Positions 10,017 to 18,830 of a stretch of 64,000 nt of DNA are shown here, in pieces (the first letter of the stretch is position 1; each line of letters begins with the position of its first letter). This DNA comes from Candidatus Latescibacterota bacterium. Its GTDB lineage: Bacteria > Latescibacterota > UBA2968 > UBA8231. The stretch lies in the NCBI GenBank assembly GCA_965219385.1, contig CBDCNM010000002.1, positions 3,978,305-4,042,304 on the forward strand. Direction: 5' to 3'. Both the position numbers and the translations under genes were made by a program. The notes under the pieces were generated by a model. The model made no database searches. It was not told the origin of the DNA and saw nothing but the letters and a program-made list of their open reading frames with translations.

Positions 10017-11165
10017 ATGGACAGCCCCAAATTGAAAATCGTGCTGGTCGATGACGACGAAGACGACCATGTCTTGATTCAGGCGTTGCTCGACGATGTC
10101 AGGGCGGACGGATTCGAACTGGAGTGTCTGGCGAACTACGACGCGGGCCTGGAGACGATAGGGCGCCAGGAACACGATGTCTATCTGATCGATTATCGCC
10201 TGGGGGAGCGCAATGGCCTGGAACTGCTGCGCGAAGCCATAGCGAAGGGCTGCAAAAAGCCGATCATCTTACTAACGGGTCAAGGAGAGTACGAGATCGA
10301 CATGGAAGCCATGCGCATCGGGGCGGCGGACTACCTGGAGAAGGAGTGGATCGACGGGCATATACTGGAACGTTCCATCCGCTATGCCATAGAGGGCAAA
10401 CAAGCAGAAGAGGCCCTGCGTCAGGCACACGACGAGTTGGAAAGGCGGGTGGGGGAAAGGACGGCTGCTTTGCATGGAGCCCACACCGAACTAGAGCAGT
10501 TGACCTACGTGGCCTCGCACGACTTGCAGGAGCCACTGCGGGCGATTGAAGGTTTTTTGCGGTTTTTGGCGCAGCACTACGAGGGAAGATTGGACGCCGG
10601 GGCGAACAGGCTTCTTGGGCGCGCCTTTGATGGGGTGAAAATAATACAGAGGTTGAGCAAGCGCTTGCTGGCATACGCCGGGGTGAGCACTCAAGGAAAG
10701 CCCTTTGAGACGACGGATTGTTCCGCGATTTTAAACCGGGTAATCGAAGGGCTGGAAGATGTGATCAAAGAAAGTGGGACTGTGGTGAGTTATGGCACTT
10801 TGCCCCAGGTAGTGGCCGACTCCACCCAGCTCGAGCAAGTGTTTATGCACCTGATCGGCAATGCCATCAACCATCGCGACGACGAGCCCCCCAGAATCCA
10901 CATCGGGTCTGAGCACCTGGAGGATGCGTGGTTATTTTCGGTTCGGGATAACGGCCTGGGCATAAATCCCAAGGAGAGCGAGCAGATATTCTACCTGTTT
11001 TCGCCGGTACACACCCGAAGGGGATATGGCGGCACGGGCATCAGCCTGGCTGTTTGCAAGAAAGTCGTGGAGCGCCATGGGGGGCGCATCTGGGTAGAAT
11101 CAGAGCCAGGGAAGGGCTCGATCTTCTACTTTGTCCTTCCGGAGAGAGAAGAGCCCCCGGCATGA
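10017..11165 (+). CDS. Hybrid receiver-domain / sensor histidine kinase
   Basis: Receiver (IVLVDDD, LIDYRL, LLTG), H-box SHDLQEPLR, G-boxes DNGLGI and GTGISL, ERHGGRIWVESEPGKGS. Confidence 0.9.
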   Translation: MDSPKLKIVLVDDDEDDHVLIQALLDDVRADGFELECLANYDAGLETIGRQEHDVYLIDYRLGERNGLELLREAIAKGCKKPIILLTGQGEYEIDMEAMRIGAADYLEKEWIDGHILERSIRYAIEGKQAEEALRQAHDELERRVGERTAALHGAHTELEQLTYVASHDLQEPLRAIEGFLRFLAQHYEGRLDAGANRLLGRAFDGVKIIQRLSKRLLAYAGVSTQGKPFETTDCSAILNRVIEGLEDVIKESGTVVSYGTLPQVVADSTQLEQVFMHLIGNAINHRDDEPPRIHIGSEHLEDAWLFSVRDNGLGINPKESEQIFYLFSPVHTRRGYGGTGISLAVCKKVVERHGGRIWVESEPGKGSIFYFVLPEREEPPA

Positions 11166-12424
11166 TAAAATCCATGATACCGCACGAGTACATTGAGAAA
11201 AATCAGCAAAGCTTGATTCGTCACCTGCAGGACATGGTCCGCTGTCAAACCGTCAATCCGCCGGGACGCCTTTATCGAGAGATGGTAGACCTGCTCGAGT
11301 GCCGTTGCCGGAAGCTGGGAATGCACGTGGAGGTCCATCGCGTTCCGGATGGAGCCAGAGAAAAGGTCGCTGCGGTATGCCCAGACTTCCCGCGTTACAA
11401 CTTAATCGCTCGCTGGGATGTGGGAAGAACAAAAACCGTGCACTTCAACGCCCACTACGATGTGGTTCCGGCGACGGATAACTGGAAGTTTGGCAGTCCA
11501 TTCGAGCCGGCGGTTCACAAAGGCATGATTTACGGGCGGGGCTCGGGGGATATGAAGGGCTCTATTGCAGCCTTGCTCATGGCCGTCGAAGCCCTGCAGC
11601 GCACCGGGCGCAGGCCGGCGTTCAATGTGGAGTGTTCGTTTACGGCGGATGAGGAAACCGGTGGAGAGTTGGGCGCCGGTTATGTGGTCAGACAAGGACT
11701 GGTTAATGCAGACTACGCCGTGGTCTGCGAAGGAGCGGCTGGAACACGGGTGGGTTGCGGGCACAATGGAGTGTTGTGGCTCGAGGTTGCGATCCAGGGC
11801 AAGTCCGGCCATGCCGCAAATCCAACCGAAGGTGAAAATGCATTCGAGGCTATGGCCGAGCTGGTTGCCAACCTCCAGGGCTTCAAGAAGAAGCTGCAAG
11901 CCCCCGGGCGTCGCTACCTGGATTTTACCGGAGTGGAACGCAGTCCCACCATCAGCATCGGCGGGGTATTCGCCGGCAGCGCAGGGGACAAGGTGAACAC
12001 AGTACCGGCCAGGGCCTCCTTTTCAATTGACCGCCGCATTGTGCCCAACGAGACCGTGGAGCAGGTAGAAAAGGAGTTGCGCCAGGCGATTGCCCTGGCG
12101 GCGAGAAAGCAAAGCCGGCTCAAGTACAGGGTTGCGCCTGCCCTGCGGATCAAACCGTGTGTCGTGGACCCCGAACACATCTTGTCAAGGTCTTTTGCCG
12201 GGGCGGTTCAGACCGTGCGTCGGCACGCTGTCGGATTCAGGTCGATATCCGGTTTTACGGATCTGCACTATTTTGTCGAGGATGGGGGCATACCGGGAAT
12301 CGGCTACGGGGTCAATGGCCAAAACGGGCATGGAGTGGATGAGCGGGTAAGAGTGTGGGACGTGATCCAGACCTCCAGGGTCTATGCTGAATTCATGCAG
12401 CGGGGGGTCCGGACAGGTTGCTAG
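11162..12424 (+). CDS. M20 family metallo-hydrolase (ArgE/DapE-like)
   Basis: HFNAHYDVVP, GRGSGDMKG, ADEETGG, GKSGHA, HGVDE. The ATG overlaps the upstream TGA. Confidence 0.88.
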   Translation: MIKSMIPHEYIEKNQQSLIRHLQDMVRCQTVNPPGRLYREMVDLLECRCRKLGMHVEVHRVPDGAREKVAAVCPDFPRYNLIARWDVGRTKTVHFNAHYDVVPATDNWKFGSPFEPAVHKGMIYGRGSGDMKGSIAALLMAVEALQRTGRRPAFNVECSFTADEETGGELGAGYVVRQGLVNADYAVVCEGAAGTRVGCGHNGVLWLEVAIQGKSGHAANPTEGENAFEAMAELVANLQGFKKKLQAPGRRYLDFTGVERSPTISIGGVFAGSAGDKVNTVPARASFSIDRRIVPNETVEQVEKELRQAIALAARKQSRLKYRVAPALRIKPCVVDPEHILSRSFAGAVQTVRRHAVGFRSISGFTDLHYFVEDGGIPGIGYGVNGQNGHGVDERVRVWDVIQTSRVYAEFMQRGVRTGC

Positions 12425-13158
12425 CGACCTCCAAGAAATTCTTCTGGACGACCTATGATCACCTGGGCGGACTGATTGTCCTCAACCTGGTCTGGAGCAC
12501 GCTGAGTTTGCCCTGGATTCTGGTGGGGTATGGTTTGGTCGGCCTAGGAGCGAATATGTCGGGTTGGGGCGTATTTGTAACTACCTTTCTGGCGGTGGAA
12601 ATGGTGGTATTTGCTCCGCCCACCATGCTGTTGTTCGCGGCCGGGGTACGCTGGGCTCGCGGTGAAGACATCCGCTTCGAGACGCTGTTCAAGGAGATGC
12701 GGCTATTTGCAGCACGGGTGCAATTGCTTGGACTAGCAGTGGTTTTTTTGACTCTGTTGTTGTTCCTGAACATCGGTTTCTACCTGCACCTAAAGGGCTG
12801 GCCAGGGCTGATACTCAGCAGCATCATGATCGGGCTCCAGGTCGCCGTATTGTTGATGAGTACGTATTTGTTCCCCTTGCTGTTACTGCAAAACGGACGG
12901 GTGTGGTACACCTTGCGCCAGAGCTTCCTGGTAGCGCTCGACAATATCAAGCTTTCCTTGGTTTTATTGCTGGTGGTTCTACTTGTCTTCGTCCTGGGAT
13001 TTTTTTCCGTGGTTGGCCTGTTTAGCGGTCTGCTGGCTGCCGTAGCCTTGTTGTTGTGCATCTGCTTTCGCGAACTCCAGCCAAAATACACGGGGGAATC
13101 CCTTCCCGAAGAAGTGCCTCGCACATGGCGCGAGCTGATACGTCCCTGGGAGGTGTAG
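12418..13158 (+). CDS. Integral membrane protein (DUF624/YesL-like)
   Basis: About 6 hydrophobic helices and an LNLVW..LSLP motif. Overlaps the upstream stop. Confidence 0.6.
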   Translation: MLATSKKFFWTTYDHLGGLIVLNLVWSTLSLPWILVGYGLVGLGANMSGWGVFVTTFLAVEMVVFAPPTMLLFAAGVRWARGEDIRFETLFKEMRLFAARVQLLGLAVVFLTLLLFLNIGFYLHLKGWPGLILSSIMIGLQVAVLLMSTYLFPLLLLQNGRVWYTLRQSFLVALDNIKLSLVLLLVVLLVFVLGFFSVVGLFSGLLAAVALLLCICFRELQPKYTGESLPEEVPRTWRELIRPWEV

Positions 13159-13163
13159 GCGCT

Positions 13164-14735
13164 ATGGTGGAATTTGTCAAACTGGTCGGCGGGCGCGAGA
13201 TGGCTGAAATTGACCGGCGGACTATCCGTGAAAAGGGGATCGCCGGAGCCGATCTGATGGAGCGTGCGGGCCGTGCTGTCTACAAGGCTATAGAAGCTCA
13301 GTGGGAAGGGCTTGATGGCCTGAGCGTCGTCGTGGTTTGCGGCAGGGGGAACAACGGGGGCGATGGGTTTGTGGTCGCCCGACTGCTCTGCCAGGCAGGG
13401 GTGCCGGTGCGGATTTTTCTAATAGCGGAACGCGCTGCAGTAGAAGGGGATGCCGCTGTGCACCTGGAGCGGCTTGAAAAAGCCGGCGGCGAGCCTGAAT
13501 CACTCCTTGATGAGGCGGGCTTGAACGGGCTGGACGCAGCCTTGAAAAAAGCCGATCTGGTAGTCGATGCCCTGCTGGGAACGGGCATTCGGGGAGCCCC
13601 CAAGCCGGCCGTGGGAAAGATCATAGAGTGTATAGTTCAAAGTCAGCGACCTGTTGTTGCAGTAGATCTTCCCTCGGGTCTGGACGCCGAAACAGGGAAG
13701 GTACATGGAGCCTGCACTCGGGCTGTTTTAACCGTTACATTCGGGTTGCCCAAGCTTGGGCATATGTTCTATCCCGGGCGCTCGTTTTGTGGCTTATTGG
13801 ATCTGGTTGATATTGGTTTCCCCCCTGAGATCATAGCCGAGAGTCCATCCGCGAACTATCTGCTGACCACCGAGAGTATGACCCAGTTGATCCCCCGGCG
13901 GTCGGGAGATGCGCACAAGGGCACCTGTGGCAGCGTGACCGTCGTCGCCGGTTCGGTCGGCATGACCGGAGCAGCGGCCCTGACGGCTGATACGGCACTT
14001 ATGGCCGGGGCCGGCAGGGTGACGCTGGGAACCCCCGGCAGCCTCAACGGTATCCTTGAAGTCAAGCTGACCGAGGTCATGACCCGTCCCTTGCCAGAGC
14101 TTAAAAAGCGTCGCTGCCTGTCTTTGCGGGCTCTGGGAGAGATCTTGAATCTGTGTGAAAATACCAGCTGTCTCGCCCTGGGGCCGGGGCTGGGAAGACA
14201 TGCGGAAACCGCAGAATTGGTGCGGCGTCTGGTGAACCAAGTGGAACAATCCATGGTTGTGGATGCGGATGGACTCAACGCCCTGGCCGGTTATACCGAT
14301 ATATTGAAGGAAAGGACACAGGCTCTGGTTCTGACCCCCCATGTCGGGGAGTTCGTCCGGCTCACGGGGCTGGACAAACGGGAAATTCTGGAAAATCCCC
14401 ATGAGCAGGCGCGGCTTTTTGCCCAGAGCCATGGGGTCACACTGGTTCTGAAAGGGGCGCCGACCCTGATCGCCACGGCCGCGGGAGAGGTGTTGGTAAA
14501 CTCCACCGGCAATGCCGGTATGGCCACGGCCGGTTCGGGGGATGTGCTGACCGGACTCATAGCCGGTCTGATCGCCCAGGGATTGAAAAGCGTAGAGGCC
14601 GCCTGTCTGGGGGTGTTTCTCCATGGTCGCGCCGGAGATCTGGTGCGCGACCAACTCGGCGAATGGGGCATGAAAGCCAGCGATATCAGCCGGGCCGTTC
14701 CACAGGCCATTCTGGATGTATATCGAAGCACTTGA
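13164..14735 (+). CDS. nnr: Bifunctional NAD(P)H-hydrate epimerase/dehydratase
   Basis: LMERAG, CGRGNNGGDG, VDALLGTG, DLPSG, HKGTCG, LTPHVGEF, GMATAGSGDVLTG. Confidence 0.93.
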   Translation: MVEFVKLVGGREMAEIDRRTIREKGIAGADLMERAGRAVYKAIEAQWEGLDGLSVVVVCGRGNNGGDGFVVARLLCQAGVPVRIFLIAERAAVEGDAAVHLERLEKAGGEPESLLDEAGLNGLDAALKKADLVVDALLGTGIRGAPKPAVGKIIECIVQSQRPVVAVDLPSGLDAETGKVHGACTRAVLTVTFGLPKLGHMFYPGRSFCGLLDLVDIGFPPEIIAESPSANYLLTTESMTQLIPRRSGDAHKGTCGSVTVVAGSVGMTGAAALTADTALMAGAGRVTLGTPGSLNGILEVKLTEVMTRPLPELKKRRCLSLRALGEILNLCENTSCLALGPGLGRHAETAELVRRLVNQVEQSMVVDADGLNALAGYTDILKERTQALVLTPHVGEFVRLTGLDKREILENPHEQARLFAQSHGVTLVLKGAPTLIATAAGEVLVNSTGNAGMATAGSGDVLTGLIAGLIAQGLKSVEAACLGVFLHGRAGDLVRDQLGEWGMKASDISRAVPQAILDVYRST

Positions 14736-14873
14736 CATCCCTGGTTGGATGGTGTAATGTATGAAGGATTCGCTGCCTGCGAGTCGCCCCTTTGCCGAGC
14801 GATGAAGCCGAGCCGGGTATATAATATAACCTCTTGTTTTTTTATAGGTTTATTTTAACTAAGACGAAAAGAG

Positions 14874-15395
14874 ATGACCAACGTCAAAGAAGCAATCAAT
14901 GAGTTGATTGAAGAGTCTTATCTCATGGGGTTGTCCGAGCAGGAAATCCGTCGGGACTTCGAGCACTTTATCGAGACCTGCTTTGCGGTTATTCACGACA
15001 ACGTCAAGGACCGAGAAGCCATCAATGGACTGACTGAAAATTTGGCGCGCGAGAAGACCTGCATTCTGATTGCCGATCACTCCGCAACCACTGCACAGCC
15101 AGAGATTCGGGAAGAGGATGCCGCCAAAGATCCCAATGAGGTTTTTGTCGAAAAGGTGGCTCGGCGCAAGCGGCTGATTCTGAAGATCATAGCCCAGCAC
15201 GACCCTGAACTAGTGCGACTGATCGATGAGCAGCGCTTCCAGGGCAAAATCGAAGACGAGGTAGTTCGGCCGAAGTTCAAGATCAAGGAACGACCTAACT
15301 GGGAGCACGTGCGGGTAATGTTGCTCAAGGTCGGATACGCTGCTACCATTGTGCTTATCATCCTGCTGATCCTGGGCTATATCCAGGAATTCTGA
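14874..15395 (+). CDS. Hypothetical protein with a C-terminal membrane anchor
   Basis: 173-aa ORF with a charged helical N-terminus and a hydrophobic C-terminal segment. A TTGACA-type promoter candidate lies upstream at 14733. Confidence 0.65.
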   Translation: MTNVKEAINELIEESYLMGLSEQEIRRDFEHFIETCFAVIHDNVKDREAINGLTENLAREKTCILIADHSATTAQPEIREEDAAKDPNEVFVEKVARRKRLILKIIAQHDPELVRLIDEQRFQGKIEDEVVRPKFKIKERPNWEHVRVMLLKVGYAATIVLIILLILGYIQEF

Positions 15396-15541
15396 GGAGT
15401 ACATGAAGTATTCTTCAGGGAAGCCGCATGGTTCGTTGAATTTATTATCCTCTTTACAATCCCCTTTCGCGTTTTTCAGGTTTCCACTTTCAAGTTCCCA
15501 GGTACACGGAGATTCGCCCCTGCGCATCTCCGCTTTTATAT

Positions 15542-18500
15542 ATGCCTAAACGCACAGATATCCGGAAGATAATGCTGATTGGCTCGGGTCCTATTGTCAT
15601 TGGCCAGGCCTGTGAATTCGACTATTCCGGGACCCAGGCCTGCAAGGCCCTCAAAGAAGAGGGGTATGAGATCGTCTTGGTCAACAGCAATCCCGCCACT
15701 ATCATGACCGATCCCGAAATGGCGGATCGAACCTATATCGAGCCCATTACAGTCGAGATTTGCGCGAAGATCATCGCCCGAGAACGCCCTCAGGCACTGC
15801 TGCCCACTCTGGGAGGCCAGACGGCTCTCAATACCGCGGTGGGACTGGGCCGAACAGGGGTTCTGGAGCGCTATGGAGTGGAGATGATCGGCGCCAAACT
15901 GGAGGCGATCAACACTGCCGAGGACCGCGAATTGTTCAAGGCGGCCATGGACCGCGCCGGTCTGGAGATGCCGCGGGGGCATTTTGTCAAGACCTTCGAG
16001 GAGGCCAAACAACTCCAGGCGGAATTGGGATTCCCCTGTATTGTGCGGCCGTCCTTTACCCTGGGAGGGTCCGGAGGGGGCATTGCTTATAATATCGAAG
16101 AATTCGAACGCGTGGTCCGGCACGGGCTCGATCTCAGTCCGATCACCGAGGTGCTCATGGAGGAATCCGTGATCGGTTGGAAAGAGTTTGAGCTGGAGGT
16201 CATGCGCGACCACAACGATAATGTGGTGATCATCTGCTCGATAGAGAATTTCGATCCCATGGGGGTACACACCGGCGACAGCATTACCGTAGCGCCCGCC
16301 CAGACGCTCAGCGACAAGGAGTACCAGATTATGCGGGATGCCGCCATTGGGGTGATGCGCACGATTGGAGTGGATACCGGCGGGTCGAATATACAGTTTG
16401 CGGTGCATCCGGATACGGGTCGCCTGGTGGTGATCGAGATGAATCCGCGGGTGTCCCGCAGTTCGGCTCTGGCCTCCAAGGCCACGGGTTTTCCAATTGC
16501 CAAAATCGCCGCCAAGCTGGCCGTGGGGTATACCCTGGACGAAATCTCCAACGATATCACCCGGGAGACGCCGGCTTCGTTCGAGCCCACCATCGACTAT
16601 GTGGTGACCAAGATCCCGCGCTGGACGTTTGAGAAATTTCCCGATACACCGGATGTCCTGGATACCCAGATGCGTTCGGTGGGAGAGACCATGGCGGTCG
16701 GCCGCACCTTCAAGGAATCCTTGCAGAAGGGGCTGCGTTCGCTGGAGATTGGTCGAGCCGGCTGGGGCGCGGACGGCAAGGATTTTGAAGCTGACAAGAT
16801 CACCAAAAAAGAATTGAGTGAGCACCTGGCCATCCCTAATTCACAGCGTCTCTTCTATCTAAAGCTAGCCATTGAAAAAGGGTATACCATCGAGCAACTC
16901 TACAAGCTGACCAGCATTGATCCGTGGTTCCTGGACAATCTCTACCAGATTGCCGAGCTGGAGGAGCGCCTCTCTCAGGCAGATGTGTTTGAGGAGGAAG
17001 GGCTGCTGCGGCAGGCCAAGGAATACGGTTTCAGTGACCGTCAGCTGGCTTTTTTGCAGGGTGGTGACGAGAAGACGGTGAGGCGCCAGCGGCTGGAACA
17101 GGGAGTAAAGCCGGTATATAAGACCGTAGACACCTGTGCCGCCGAGTTCGAGGCTTATACCCCCTATCACTATTCCACCTACGAGCGGGAAGACGAATCC
17201 ACTCGTTCCTCCCAAAAAAAGATCATGATACTGGGAGGCGGTCCCAATCGCATAGGTCAGGGAATCGAGTTTGACTATTGCTGTGTGCACGCGTGCTTTG
17301 CCCTGCGCGAGGACGGTTTCGAAACCATTATGGTCAACAGCAATCCCGAGACCGTGAGCACGGATTACGACACGGCGGATAAGCTCTACTTCGAGCCTCT
17401 GACAGTGGAAGATGTGCTGGGAGTAGTCGAGCGCGAGCAGCCGGATGGGGTCATTGCCCAGTTTGGCGGGCAGACTCCTCTCAACCTGGCCGCCGAGCTG
17501 GAAGAGGCCGGTGTCCGGATCATCGGTACCTCTCCCGGCAGCATCGATCTGGCCGAAGATCGTGAGCGCTTTGGCAACTTGTTGCGCCAGCTGGGCATAC
17601 GCCAGTCGGAAAACGGTATGGCGCGCAGTGTGGAGGAAGCCGTGGCCGTGGCCGAACGCATTGGCTATCCCCTGTTGGTACGGCCTTCTTACGTACTGGG
17701 TGGGCGCGCCATGGTGATCGTATACGAAATCAGTGCTCTCGAGACCTACATGAAGGAGGCCATCGAGGTTTCTCCGGAACATCCCGTGCTGATCGATCGT
17801 TTTTTAGAAGGCGCGCAGGAGTTTGATGTGGATGCTGTATCCGATGGCCAGGAGGTGGTGATCGGAGGTATTATGCAGCACATTGAACAGGCCGGCATCC
17901 ACTCGGGGGACAGTGCGTGCGTCTTGCCGCCGTACAGCATCAGTGCTGAAAACCTCCGGCTTCTGCGGGAATACACCCATGCCCTGGCACGGGCCCTCGA
18001 CGTCGTGGGGCTGATGAATGTGCAGTACGCCATACATGCGGGCACGGTTTACGTACTCGAGGTAAATCCGCGCGCTTCGCGCACCGTGCCTTTTGTGAGC
18101 AAGGCGATTGGTTTCCCTCTGGCCAAGATCGCCGCCCGGGCCATGACCGGAAAGAGCTTGCGGGAACAGGGCTTGACGGAAGAGATCGTGCCGGACCACA
18201 TTTCCGTAAAAGAAGCCGTGCTGCCCTTCATCAAGTTCGAGGGGGCGGATAGTTTGCTGGGACCTGAGATGAAGTCCACGGGCGAGGTGATGGGAATCGG
18301 CAACGGATTTGGCATGGCTTTTTACAAGGCTCAGATGGGGGCCGGTTCGGTATTGCCGACCAGCGGGACCATTTTTATCAGCGTGGCCGACTGCGACAAG
18401 GAGGCGGTGGTAGAGGTAGCCCGGCAATTGCGCCAGGCGGGTCTTGATTTGTTGGCTACACAGGGAACCAGGAATTTTCTACAAAGCCATGGAGTTGAGG

Positions 18501-18763
18501 CAAAGGAGATCCGCAAGGTCCAGGAAGGTCGGCCTCATATCGAGGATGCCATCCGCAGTAATGTGGTGGCTCTGGTCATCAATTCTCCCCAGGATGATTC
18601 GTCTCAGTACGACGGCTACGTGGTGCGCCGTGCTGCCATCATGCACAATATCCCCTACACCACGACTATGGCCGGCGCGCACGCTGCGGCTGCCGGTATC
18701 GAGGCTCTGCAAAAAGAAGAAATCGCGGTTCATGCCCTCCAGGATTACCACCGTACGGTTTGA
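15542..18763 (+). CDS. carB: Carbamoyl-phosphate synthase large subunit
   Basis: [25 protein letters not shown], duplicated ATP-grasp halves, MGS C-terminus, 1073 aa. Confidence 0.98.
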   Translation: MPKRTDIRKIMLIGSGPIVIGQACEFDYSGTQACKALKEEGYEIVLVNSNPATIMTDPEMADRTYIEPITVEICAKIIARERPQALLPTLGGQTALNTAVGLGRTGVLERYGVEMIGAKLEAINTAEDRELFKAAMDRAGLEMPRGHFVKTFEEAKQLQAELGFPCIVRPSFTLGGSGGGIAYNIEEFERVVRHGLDLSPITEVLMEESVIGWKEFELEVMRDHNDNVVIICSIENFDPMGVHTGDSITVAPAQTLSDKEYQIMRDAAIGVMRTIGVDTGGSNIQFAVHPDTGRLVVIEMNPRVSRSSALASKATGFPIAKIAAKLAVGYTLDEISNDITRETPASFEPTIDYVVTKIPRWTFEKFPDTPDVLDTQMRSVGETMAVGRTFKESLQKGLRSLEIGRAGWGADGKDFEADKITKKELSEHLAIPNSQRLFYLKLAIEKGYTIEQLYKLTSIDPWFLDNLYQIAELEERLSQADVFEEEGLLRQAKEYGFSDRQLAFLQGGDEKTVRRQRLEQGVKPVYKTVDTCAAEFEAYTPYHYSTYEREDESTRSSQKKIMILGGGPNRIGQGIEFDYCCVHACFALREDGFETIMVNSNPETVSTDYDTADKLYFEPLTVEDVLGVVEREQPDGVIAQFGGQTPLNLAAELEEAGVRIIGTSPGSIDLAEDRERFGNLLRQLGIRQSENGMARSVEEAVAVAERIGYPLLVRPSYVLGGRAMVIVYEISALETYMKEAIEVSPEHPVLIDRFLEGAQEFDVDAVSDGQEVVIGGIMQHIEQAGIHSGDSACVLPPYSISAENLRLLREYTHALARALDVVGLMNVQYAIHAGTVYVLEVNPRASRTVPFVSKAIGFPLAKIAARAMTGKSLREQGLTEEIVPDHISVKEAVLPFIKFEGADSLLGPEMKSTGEVMGIGNGFGMAFYKAQMGAGSVLPTSGTIFISVADCDKEAVVEVARQLRQAGLDLLATQGTRNFLQSHGVEAKEIRKVQEGRPHIEDAIRSNVVALVINSPQDDSSQYDGYVVRRAAIMHNIPYTTTMAGAHAAAAGIEALQKEEIAVHALQDYHRTV

Positions 18764-18830
18764 GCATCGCTTGGCGCCAGGGTCGCATCGGCTCGGGTGA
18801 TTTAAGTCGTGAAGCACTCCAAGGGATTCT